Shown here one piece after another: positions 1 to 8,290 of a stretch of 64,000 bases of DNA. The notes under the pieces were generated by a model, which saw nothing but the letters and a program-made list of their open reading frames with translations, searched no databases and was not told the origin of the DNA. Position 1 is the stretch's first letter, and every line of letters starts with the position of its first letter. This stretch comes from Methanobacteriota archaeon (lineage in GTDB: Archaea > Thermoplasmatota > Poseidoniia > Poseidoniales > Thalassarchaeaceae), in the NCBI GenBank assembly GCA_002722595.1, contig PBMO01000024.1, positions 11,700-75,699 on the forward strand, given 5' to 3'. The translations under genes were made by a program, and so were the position numbers.

Positions 1-1458
1 GTCACTGGACATCCAGAAGTATTCAATGGTAGAGTGAAGACACTTCATCCAGCGATTCATGCCGCCATCCTCGCTCGAGGCAACAACTCCGACGACATGG
101 CGACTCTCGAAGAGTTGGGATATCCAAGAATAGATTTGGTTGCAGTCAATCTGTATCCTTTTGAAGAAGTAGCAGCAAAAGAACCACCTGTTAGTGAAGC
201 GGAATTGATAGAAATGATCGATATTGGAGGGCCCACTCTTGTACGGGCCTCAGCAAAGTCTCACCAAGATGTCCTCATTGTCACAAACCCATTAGATTAC
301 AACGATATTCTTGAAACAATACAGGAAGCAGGTGGCGACCCAAGCGCAATCGATTTAGCAACACGTCAAAGGTTAGCACTTACAGCATATCAACGAACAG
401 CAGCCTATGATGTTGCACTGGCCAACACATTGGCCAACCGCCTTGAGTCACTTGAACACCCTGCCTCCGCAGTTTTGCCTGAGAAATTACTCATTTCGGG
501 AGGGGTGAGAAACCCCTTGAGATATGGCGAAAATCCACATCAACCTGCGGCATTTTACCCGGCAAATGTCGTTGGAGAATCACCAAATGGCCTAGCTGCA
601 GCAGTGCAACACGGAGGAAAGGCACTTTCATTCAACAATTATTTGGATTTAGATGCAGCCCTTCGTTTCTGCCGTTCGCACATTGGCTCTGATTGGAGTG
701 ATTGGCCACATTGTTGTGTAATCATCAAACACACCAACGCATGTGGGGTTGCAATTTCAACAAACCAAGTATCTGCTTGGGATGATGCATTAGCGAGCGA
801 CCCAGAATCCGCCTTTGGTTGTGTTATTGCATTCAACACACCAGTGTCTAAAGCAACCGCTGAAAAGATTGGAAATCATTTCGTCGAGTGCATAATTGCA
901 CCTGATTATGAAGATGGGGCTTTGGAGATATTATCTCTGAAAAAAAACCGCAGAATGCTCACATTGGAGGGAATGACATCATTGGATATGCAAACACATT
1001 TCCGCCAAATTGACGGAGGTTGGCTTGCCCAAACTGAAGGTGCACCAGTAATTGACTGGTCCGAAGTGAAATGTGTAACGACAACCCAAGCTGATCCAAA
1101 TCAAATTGACTTGGCGAGATTTGGTGTTGCAGTTTGCGCCCAGGTAAAGAGCAATTGTGTTATTTTCATCCAACCAACTCCAACAGGCTTTGCAACAGTA
1201 GGCATCGGCCCAGGGCAAACAAGCAGGGTAGAGGCAGTGCGGATTGCTGCCCGTCGCGCTGGCGAGAGAGCGAAGGGTGCGATGATGGTATCAGACGCAT
1301 TCTTCCCCTTCCGTGATGGCATTGACACCAGCCATGAAATTGGCATTACAGCAGTTGTCCAACCAGGAGGGAGCATCCGAGATCAAGAAGTCATTGATGC
1401 TGCAAACGAACACCAAATGACCATGCTATTCACGGGCACACGATTATTCAGGCATTAG
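1..1458 (+). CDS. purH: Bifunctional AICAR transformylase / IMP cyclohydrolase PurH, 5'-partial (reading frame open from base 1)
   Basis: Translation from base 1 gives VTGHPEVFNGRVKTLHPAIHAAIL...VVNLYPFEE, the MGS-like domain motif of PurH, followed by the AICARFT domain. The ORF track shows 474 aa from the first ATG. The N-terminus lies outside the window. Confidence 0.85.
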   Translation, partial: VTGHPEVFNGRVKTLHPAIHAAILARGNNSDDMATLEELGYPRIDLVAVNLYPFEEVAAKEPPVSEAELIEMIDIGGPTLVRASAKSHQDVLIVTNPLDYNDILETIQEAGGDPSAIDLATRQRLALTAYQRTAAYDVALANTLANRLESLEHPASAVLPEKLLISGGVRNPLRYGENPHQPAAFYPANVVGESPNGLAAAVQHGGKALSFNNYLDLDAALRFCRSHIGSDWSDWPHCCVIIKHTNACGVAISTNQVSAWDDALASDPESAFGCVIAFNTPVSKATAEKIGNHFVECIIAPDYEDGALEILSLKKNRRMLTLEGMTSLDMQTHFRQIDGGWLAQTEGAPVIDWSEVKCVTTTQADPNQIDLARFGVAVCAQVKSNCVIFIQPTPTGFATVGIGPGQTSRVEAVRIAARRAGERAKGAMMVSDAFFPFRDGIDTSHEIGITAVVQPGGSIRDQEVIDAANEHQMTMLFTGTRLFRH

Positions 1459-1465
1459 TGATTAT

Positions 1466-1852
1466 ATGAATTGGAAACACATAATTTCTTCAGGTACAGG
1501 CACGGGAGCAATATTAGCAATATTCATCCTTCTTGTATTCGTCCTTTCAGAACTCGACCCCGGCTCGTTTGCAGGATTATGTGGTGGTTTTCTTGCATTA
1601 TCAGCACTATCAGCCATAATTATCAATAAGATATCGAATATTATGGAGTGGCCAGAAGTCAACCTAAAGATTCTCATCCCCATAGGATTTTTTACATCGG
1701 TAATACCTCTTCTCGGGCCTATTTTCGGACTACCAAACACTAACCCAATTACATTGGCCACAGTTGTTGCCCTTGGAGCAGTCGGAGGCGCATTCTGGAG
1801 CCTACCTTTTGCTGGCTGGAACTATTGGAAAAACCGCGAAAAAGAAGATTAA
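1466..1852 (+). CDS. Small hydrophobic membrane protein, hypothetical
   Basis: 128-aa ORF 8 nt after purH with several predicted TM helices. No recognisable family. Confidence 0.4.
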   Translation: MNWKHIISSGTGTGAILAIFILLVFVLSELDPGSFAGLCGGFLALSALSAIIINKISNIMEWPEVNLKILIPIGFFTSVIPLLGPIFGLPNTNPITLATVVALGAVGGAFWSLPFAGWNYWKNREKED

Positions 1853-2349
1853 GTGACAACATCACGAGTTTTTACACGTATCGAAACATACAGAATTCCA
1901 CTTAATCCCACGAACAGAATTGTGATGGCACCTAGTGCATACTGATCCGCCCCCGTCCAAGAAGATGGATTGAGCAGAACTCCTTCTCCTTTAGTTGAGA
2001 CAAACCAAACGAAATATGCAGAGATTGTAGACATCAAACCAATCATCATCATAATGATTATTTTTACATGGAAGGGAAGTGTTTTTCCCGTTGCGTAATA
2101 ATCAAACAATTTTTCCCCAAAAAACCGATTGGTCAAAGTATATCTAAACAATTTTTCATTCGAAAGAGAAAACAGGAAGGCCGCTGGAACAGCCCAAGAG
2201 ACGGTTGGCCACCCGGGCACGACAACACCAATTCCTGCAAATATCAAAAACAGACAACCAATTGCCAGATAGATTCTCGATTTGAAACGATTACTCGCAA
2301 CTGAATAACACTCTACAACCTCGTCGATTGTTTGTAAACGCCCATTCAC
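1849..2349 (-). CDS. YbaN/DUF454-like inner membrane protein
   Basis: 166 aa with four hydrophobic segments. The GIGVVVPGWPTV motif near the first TM is typical of the YbaN/DUF454 family (family assignment from memory). Confidence 0.5.
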   Translation of the reverse strand: MNGRLQTIDEVVECYSVASNRFKSRIYLAIGCLFLIFAGIGVVVPGWPTVSWAVPAAFLFSLSNEKLFRYTLTNRFFGEKLFDYYATGKTLPFHVKIIIMMMIGLMSTISAYFVWFVSTKGEGVLLNPSSWTGADQYALGAITILFVGLSGILYVSIRVKTRDVVT

Positions 2350-2415
2350 ACTCCGCGGACTTCGGGTTTAAACATCATACTTCTCATTGGGCCAAGCCTC
2401 ATCAGTTGAGTCCAC

Positions 2416-3066
2416 TTGCCAGTAATGATGGCAATGCGACAGGGGTCCCCAGAAAACCCGCTTCGCACAGCGGTCTTGATTTCAGGCTCTGGCTCAGGGA
2501 TGGAAGCCTTAATTCTTCACCAAAAGAATCCAAATTGTACACATCGAACAGAATTAGTAATTTCCAACATCGCAGGAGTAGCGGGATTAGAGAAGGCGGA
2601 AAGGCACAATGTAAAATCAATGGCAATAGAATTGAACACATCAATTACAGATAAAAAATCGAGGCGTGAAACACACGAGAAAGCAATCATGAAAGCTCTT
2701 TCCATCCATGGAATTGAGCTCGTAATCCTTTCAGGATACATGCGAATCCTATCCCCCCAATTTGTTAGAAAGTGGAGAGGGAGGTTGTTGAACATCCACC
2801 CATCCCTGTTACCAAAATATCCTGGGGCACATGCCCATCGGGATGCACTCGCAGATGGTGCAAAGATTACTGGATGTACGGTGCATTTTGTTGATGAGGG
2901 GATGGACACCGGCCAGATTATTGCCCAAAGCCAACTTGAAATAAAACCAGATGACGATGAGAAATCATTGTCGGAACGAGTTAAAATTCTAGAGCATGAA
3001 CTGTATCCAAGCGTAATTGATGATGTTGCAACTGGGAAAATCAGCGCAAGTCAGATTGGGAATTGA
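2416..3066 (+). CDS. purN: Phosphoribosylglycinamide formyltransferase PurN
   Basis: AVLISGSGSG N-terminal motif, NIHPSLLPKYPGAHA, and the HFVDEGMDTGQII formyl-transferase catalytic region. Confidence 0.8.
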   Translation: MPVMMAMRQGSPENPLRTAVLISGSGSGMEALILHQKNPNCTHRTELVISNIAGVAGLEKAERHNVKSMAIELNTSITDKKSRRETHEKAIMKALSIHGIELVILSGYMRILSPQFVRKWRGRLLNIHPSLLPKYPGAHAHRDALADGAKITGCTVHFVDEGMDTGQIIAQSQLEIKPDDDEKSLSERVKILEHELYPSVIDDVATGKISASQIGN

Positions 3067-3613
3067 CATTCCTAAACCCACCATTTTCATCAAAGTTGAT
3101 AATTTTGTAGGGCACCCCTCTCATAACATCCTTGAGGGCCATTTCCGACGAAAATCTCTGCAATGCAGATAGTACAGGATCTACTTTAACAAGTGACAGT
3201 AATGGTTGCAATTGTTTACCCTTTGGCATAACCACATCATCACAACTCTCACTCAATCTTTCAAAAACTTGAGAGTTAATCCAAGGGACATCGCATGGTG
3301 CTAATTGTAATCTCTCAACACCCAAATCTTGGCACATTTTCAGCCCAGAAGTGAGGCCAGAACGTGCCCCCCTTTCCAAAACCGTATCGAGAACACATTC
3401 TACGTCTGTGAGGTGACCGAGGACAGCTAACACTTCCTGCCGCTGGAACATATCTCTGACTGCAATATAGATTGGCCTGCAACCCGCATCCCTGAGTGCA
3501 TGGGCTACTCGGACAATCATGGCCACCCCATCAACGAGAACGGTTGCTTTGTTCCTACCCATCCTAGAAGACGCCCCGCCTGCCAGAATTAATGCTGGAT
3601 GCATGATAACCAC
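3041..3613 (-). CDS. MobA-like NTP transferase (molybdenum cofactor guanylyltransferase-like)
   Basis: N-terminal LILAGGASSRMGRNKA nucleotide-binding motif and the later PCDVP motif are characteristic of MobA-like nucleotidyltransferases. Confidence 0.65.
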   Translation of the reverse strand: MVIMHPALILAGGASSRMGRNKATVLVDGVAMIVRVAHALRDAGCRPIYIAVRDMFQRQEVLAVLGHLTDVECVLDTVLERGARSGLTSGLKMCQDLGVERLQLAPCDVPWINSQVFERLSESCDDVVMPKGKQLQPLLSLVKVDPVLSALQRFSSEMALKDVMRGVPYKIINFDENGGFRNVNSQSDLR

Positions 3614-3822
3614 TAATCTAAGCGATTCAATTCATTCATCGCATTTTCTAACTCATTCATCAAAGCCTTAGCACGCGCTAGAAGCGCCCGCTGGTCCCTA
3701 CGATTTGCAGCATTCGGCAACCATTCTAATAATTGCTGAATATCAGCAGCATCTCGTTCAACAGTCCATCTTAGAACCTGCTCAAGAACAGGGTCATCCG
3801 CTTCTAAGAAACGCTCAACCAT
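3613..3822 (-). CDS. Small hypothetical protein
   Basis: 69-aa helical, charged ORF. Its stop overlaps the start of the MobA-like gene (coordinate 3613), consistent with coupling. Confidence 0.3.
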   Translation of the reverse strand: MVERFLEADDPVLEQVLRWTVERDAADIQQLLEWLPNAANRRDQRALLARAKALMNELENAMNELNRLD

Positions 3823-3858
3823 ATCACTGCCGTAAACCAGACAAACCTTAGCCTTCTC

Positions 3859-4545
3859 TCATGAAATACACATTTGATCGCGAATACGGACCAATAATGA
3901 ATCACCGTCAGGGTACGGGATATCATTGAAAGAATCCAGCAAGTTCTGCGATAATTTGGGCCTACCGCTGCGAATCCATATGGCATGTTGAGTAAGTAAT
4001 GCTAGATGGGCGTGAGCCGTACTTCGTTGGCACCATAGAATAAAACGCCCTTCACTGGGAATTGGATGCCCTGCACGAAGACATTCCTGTATTGACAGGA
4101 GTAAAGCTTCAGCAGTTTCAGTAGAACCAATCATTTCTTCTAACATAGTCCAAACATCTTCAATATCAGAGACGTTTGCAAGTAACAAGGCCGCCAAAGC
4201 AACATCTTCTCGCCCATGTCTCTTCCACAACTTGGGAATCAAGTCGGTAAGAACAGCAGATGTTGTATTTGTCAATAGCCATGAACAAATTCTTCGAAGA
4301 ACATCATCAGGAGTACCTAGATGGAATGAGTACCCACCAGAACTCCCCAATCGATCAGTATGAGACTTTGCAATTAGTGCAGGTACACCAATTGGATAGG
4401 TTTGCCGGAGAACATCAAGCAACTTCTTTGACCTAAGATGAATTTTGGTAGGTTGGGATGAAAACCAATCATCCAAAGGGTCACTCATTGTCAGTCTTAT
4501 TGCCCCCTTCGGGTAATATTGATAGAATCCGATTGAATAAACCAT
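3859..4545 (-). CDS. Hypothetical protein (alpha-helical)
   Basis: 228-aa ORF with no recognised motifs. The true start may be the internal Met (MSDPLDD...), which would remove the 65-nt overlap with the next gene. Confidence 0.45.
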   Translation of the reverse strand: MVYSIGFYQYYPKGAIRLTMSDPLDDWFSSQPTKIHLRSKKLLDVLRQTYPIGVPALIAKSHTDRLGSSGGYSFHLGTPDDVLRRICSWLLTNTTSAVLTDLIPKLWKRHGREDVALAALLLANVSDIEDVWTMLEEMIGSTETAEALLLSIQECLRAGHPIPSEGRFILWCQRSTAHAHLALLTQHAIWIRSGRPKLSQNLLDSFNDIPYPDGDSLLVRIRDQMCIS

Positions 4546-5050
4546 CTACGATATCCTTGGCTTGTTCAACTCCCTTTTCAACAACCTGGCGAACATTTTT
4601 TTCCACGTGCTCCTCCAATTCTGCATGGACCCCATTCATCACTTCCTCGTTCTCTTCCTCAGTAATTTCGAATAGGTATCTGAGGTATGCCACCACTAGA
4701 TATTCATCTTCACTAATACTGGCATTTAGGTATGCAGTTTGGAACATTCCAGAGTAAACCCTTAAGCAATCCTCCTTACTGATTTCACTCCCCCCTTCCA
4801 ATTTTTCACCATCCACAATCGCATCATAAACGCGCTTTGGCACATCTTCAGGAAGGCCCAATAGACCAGCCAATTTTATGACAAGACGCTTCTCTTCCCT
4901 TGTAATTTCACCATCTCTCAGAACGATTGAAACCACACCTTGGAACGCGCCAATGTCGGTAATAGCGGTAGAGGGCACGACCTCGGAGACATACTTCCTC
5001 CTCATAGCGGTTCGCCCACACCAGCAACGAGAATAAATCCACAATATCAT
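4481..5050 (-). CDS. TerB-like domain protein (tellurite-resistance TerB / DjlA N-domain fold)
   Basis: Two helical segments carry the xDGxIxxxExxxLxxxAxxLGL pattern (VLRDGEITREEKRLVIKLAGLLGLPED; SISEDEYLVVAYLRYLF), followed by an acidic tail. Confidence 0.5.
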   Translation of the reverse strand: MILWIYSRCWCGRTAMRRKYVSEVVPSTAITDIGAFQGVVSIVLRDGEITREEKRLVIKLAGLLGLPEDVPKRVYDAIVDGEKLEGGSEISKEDCLRVYSGMFQTAYLNASISEDEYLVVAYLRYLFEITEEENEEVMNGVHAELEEHVEKNVRQVVEKGVEQAKDIVDGLFNRILSILPEGGNKTDNE

Positions 5051-5208
5051 CCAATGCCTTCATGAAGGAGGGGCGATTCGGAGTGATTACAGGAATCCCT
5101 GTCACGTTCCCAGGACTTCGGTCCTTTTCCCGTGAATACGCGCGATGAGACCCCTCTTAGAGGGTTAGAGTGCCTTGAGAGACCTGTGTAAACAAGGAAG
5201 TAGAAAAA

Positions 5209-6381
5209 ATGAGCGATCAGAAAGCGAAATATATGATTCACGCAACCATCAAGGCAGATGGCACCATACAGCGAAAAGACGTTGTTGGAGCCGTTTTCGG
5301 CCAGACGGAAGGACTTCTCGGAGAGGAACTCCAGTTGCGTAAATTACAACGAACCGGACGAATTGGACACGTAGATGTCAACCTGAACTCAAACAAAGGC
5401 AAAGTATCAGGAGAAATTCTTCTCCCAAGTAGCCTTGATCAAGTATCAACAGCAGTCGTGGGTGCAGCCTTGGAGACAATCGAGCGCATTGGACCCTGTA
5501 AGGCAACAATCAAGATTACAGCTATTGAGAATATTCACAGCGTGAAGAGAGACACGGTAATTGACCGTGCAAAACACCTTCTTCTCAGCATAGTAAATGA
5601 GAGTTCTAATGACAGCAAGAGCATTCTTGATGAAGTGCGAAGTGTACTAACACTTGGTACAGAAACAAACATTGCCGGAATGACTTGCGGACCAAATGCA
5701 AAGGAAAGTGAGGCCCTCATTATTGTCGAAGGCCGAAACGATGTGCGGAATTTACTGAAAATGGGTATTAAGAACTCAATTGCAACCATGGGCGCCAACG
5801 TCAAAGACGAATTGATTGAATTAGCAAAAAGCAAGAGCACCGTTACAGCGTTTTGTGATGGGGATCGAGGCGGGAAGTTATTGTTGATGGAACTCTCAGG
5901 AGCGCTCGGCAAATCACTGACACATGTCGCATTAGCACCAGAGTCAAGAGAAGTCGAGCACCTTGAGGGGAAAGTCATAACAAAATGCCTCAACCAAAAA
6001 GAGGCTGCTGCCAAAGCTATTAGCAAGATTAAGACTCAACTTGAAGCAGATGATGATTCAGGTAGCACATCAGGAAATGACAAACCAGCACAAATTCCTG
6101 ATGAAGTTAAGGACTGGTCAGCACACATGGCAGATTTGAAGAAGAATCATGGCATGTTAATTTTAGACGACGGTTCAACATCCGATCCTGTTGGCGCCAG
6201 TAAATTGGCTGCTTTTGCAGAAGACATTGAAGGAGCCCAGTGCCTCATTTTCAATGGCAAGGTGTCGGAGAGGATGATTGAGATTGCAGAGTTGGGAGCC
6301 ATCCCAAATGTAATCGGTAGCACACTAGGAGCAAAGGGCTCGAATGGTGTAGCGACTTATGCAATGAACGATCTTGAGTAA
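5209..6381 (+). CDS. dnaG: Archaeal DNA primase DnaG (TOPRIM)
   Basis: N-terminus YMIHATIKADGTIQRKDVVGAVFGQTEGLLG is the archaeal DnaG signature. TOPRIM core LIIVEGRNDVRNLLKMGIKNSIATMG and CDGDRGG are present. Confidence 0.85.
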   Translation: MSDQKAKYMIHATIKADGTIQRKDVVGAVFGQTEGLLGEELQLRKLQRTGRIGHVDVNLNSNKGKVSGEILLPSSLDQVSTAVVGAALETIERIGPCKATIKITAIENIHSVKRDTVIDRAKHLLLSIVNESSNDSKSILDEVRSVLTLGTETNIAGMTCGPNAKESEALIIVEGRNDVRNLLKMGIKNSIATMGANVKDELIELAKSKSTVTAFCDGDRGGKLLLMELSGALGKSLTHVALAPESREVEHLEGKVITKCLNQKEAAAKAISKIKTQLEADDDSGSTSGNDKPAQIPDEVKDWSAHMADLKKNHGMLILDDGSTSDPVGASKLAAFAEDIEGAQCLIFNGKVSERMIEIAELGAIPNVIGSTLGAKGSNGVATYAMNDLE

Positions 6382-8290
6382 CCTCCACCCCATCGGGGTG
6401 ACAAAGATAACCTTGTCCACACTCCGGTGTAGCATGCAACCCCAAGCAATGGCACCAGCGCCAGCAATGCTCCCCGCATCTGCTGAGGCGCCACTTCCAC
6501 CCACTCCGAAGAATTCAAACAGTGTAATGATAATTCACACAGCACTAATTTTTGTGGCTATAATTTTATCTTCAACGGGTTTGCTTACTGATTCATGGAG
6601 CGTTGAAGAAACATCCCAAACCACCGATTTCCTTGGCCAAGAAATCACAGTGACCACCGAATCAAAGGTGGGTCTTGATGACATGTCTGCAACAATTTGC
6701 ACCAATGGCGAATGCGAAACAATGGTCATGGATCTATCGGACGCATATGAAAATTGTACGAAACAGGCATCAGACCTCGAACTCAATTCATCAGCCACCG
6801 AAGACTTGTGTGGCACGGCTGGGGATATGGCAAGCGCCGGATTCACCGGCACCCTCTTCATCGCTCTCGGAATCATAGTTTTGATTATTACATTGGTTGC
6901 GACTTTCATGGAGACGCGCGGGACCTTCCTCCCTTTCTCTCAATTTTACCCCTTTGTTGGCGCGGCCCTGCCTCTTATCGGCTCAGTGACGTGGTTTATG
7001 ATGATGCCAGAACCACCCGAAGGATCCGATCCAAGTATGGGGTATAGCATTTGGTTGGTTATTTTGAGCACAGTTCTAGTTGTAGGAGCCGGAGCATATT
7101 CGATGTATACTGACCCACCCTCCCGCACCCAATCGTCTCCTAAAATGAGCCAGAGAACCCCAGGATTGGGGGCGAGAACCCTTGCTACAGACTCAGATGC
7201 ACGAGAGTTTGTACTTAGAGAAACAGCCTTAGGAAATCAAACAATTTCAATAGTAGAAGATGGAAATCTGTTTCGCCTTACTAGGGCGACAAGAGTGGAC
7301 AATGATATACACAGTGAGGATTTATTCATGACTCGAATGAACGCTCTTTGTGGTTTCACACATTCTCGGTTTGATTGGTTAGATACAACCCGATATTTAT
7401 GGAATATTATGGGCCTGACAGGCTTTATCCTAACACTCGTAGCATATGAGAACGCATCATTGATATTTTATGCAAATTGGTTCATTCTCATATTTGCAAT
7501 AGGGACAATTCTCTCAATGCTCCAATTCGCCGATCCCGAACTGATTACCTTTGAGACCAATACCGGCAAACACCGAATGTTAATCTATCGCGCAGGCTCT
7601 AATCGAGCACTAACAAATGCCAGCATGGACCTCATCGATTCAACGATGAGAGATGTCCTCCGAGGCGAAGAGATAGACCCATCTGCATTGAACGCAGTTG
7701 CAGATTCGATTGAAGCAGAGATGGCAGAAGCCCGCAAAGCCGCCGAAGAAGCAGCAGCGGCACAACAGGCGGCTTTGTTACAGGCCCAAGCAATGGCCCA
7801 AGCCCAAGCGGAAATGCAAGCACAAATGCAAGCGCAAGCCCAAGCTCTAGCTCAAGCACAGGCACAACTCCAAGCACAACAAGCTGCGCAACAAATCGCA
7901 CCTGCGGCAACCCCCCCTCTCGCACAACCCCAACCTAGTGGAGTATCACCACCCCCCACACCTGCTCAAGTGATCCCGATGCCCCCAGTCACCAACCCCC
8001 CGACACCTGCAATGGCACCCGTTCCAGCACCTATTCCACCACCACCAGCTCCCGCAATGGCACCCGTTCCAGCACCTATTCCACCACCACCGGCAATAGG
8101 CGGCATGCCCACACCTCCGCCCCCAATCGGAGCCGAAATACCACTACCTCCATCCGCAGCAGCAGACATTTTACTTCCTGCTGAAAATTTGACACCTCCT
8201 CCTGAGGTGCCAACAGAAGCGACACCGCGTGACGACTCGATGTCTGAAGGAGAGAAAGAGAACCTCCTCACTGATTTGAGTGAGAATTAA
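6374..8290 (+). CDS. Polytopic membrane protein with Gln/Ala-rich and Pro-rich C-terminal region
   Basis: At least six hydrophobic helices, then a low-complexity AQAQAQ...QAQ stretch and a PAMAPVPAPIPPPPA tandem duplication. The start is more likely an internal Met (MIIHTALIFVAI..., about nt 6518) than 6374, which overlaps the dnaG stop. Confidence 0.55.
   Translation: MSNLHPIGVTKITLSTLRCSMQPQAMAPAPAMLPASAEAPLPPTPKNSNSVMIIHTALIFVAIILSSTGLLTDSWSVEETSQTTDFLGQEITVTTESKVGLDDMSATICTNGECETMVMDLSDAYENCTKQASDLELNSSATEDLCGTAGDMASAGFTGTLFIALGIIVLIITLVATFMETRGTFLPFSQFYPFVGAALPLIGSVTWFMMMPEPPEGSDPSMGYSIWLVILSTVLVVGAGAYSMYTDPPSRTQSSPKMSQRTPGLGARTLATDSDAREFVLRETALGNQTISIVEDGNLFRLTRATRVDNDIHSEDLFMTRMNALCGFTHSRFDWLDTTRYLWNIMGLTGFILTLVAYENASLIFYANWFILIFAIGTILSMLQFADPELITFETNTGKHRMLIYRAGSNRALTNASMDLIDSTMRDVLRGEEIDPSALNAVADSIEAEMAEARKAAEEAAAAQQAALLQAQAMAQAQAEMQAQMQAQAQALAQAQAQLQAQQAAQQIAPAATPPLAQPQPSGVSPPPTPAQVIPMPPVTNPPTPAMAPVPAPIPPPPAPAMAPVPAPIPPPPAIGGMPTPPPPIGAEIPLPPSAAADILLPAENLTPPPEVPTEATPRDDSMSEGEKENLLTDLSEN
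8007..8096 (+). repeat. Perfect ~45-bp tandem duplication encoding PAMAPVPAPIPPPP(A)
   Basis: gcaatggcacccgttccagcacctattccaccaccacc occurs twice, back to back, inside the CDS. Confidence 0.8.

Noticed and set aside
5535-6026. 163-aa minus-strand ORF inside dnaG
   Set aside because: Antisense to a well-supported DnaG coding region, with Ser/Leu-rich shadow-ORF composition.
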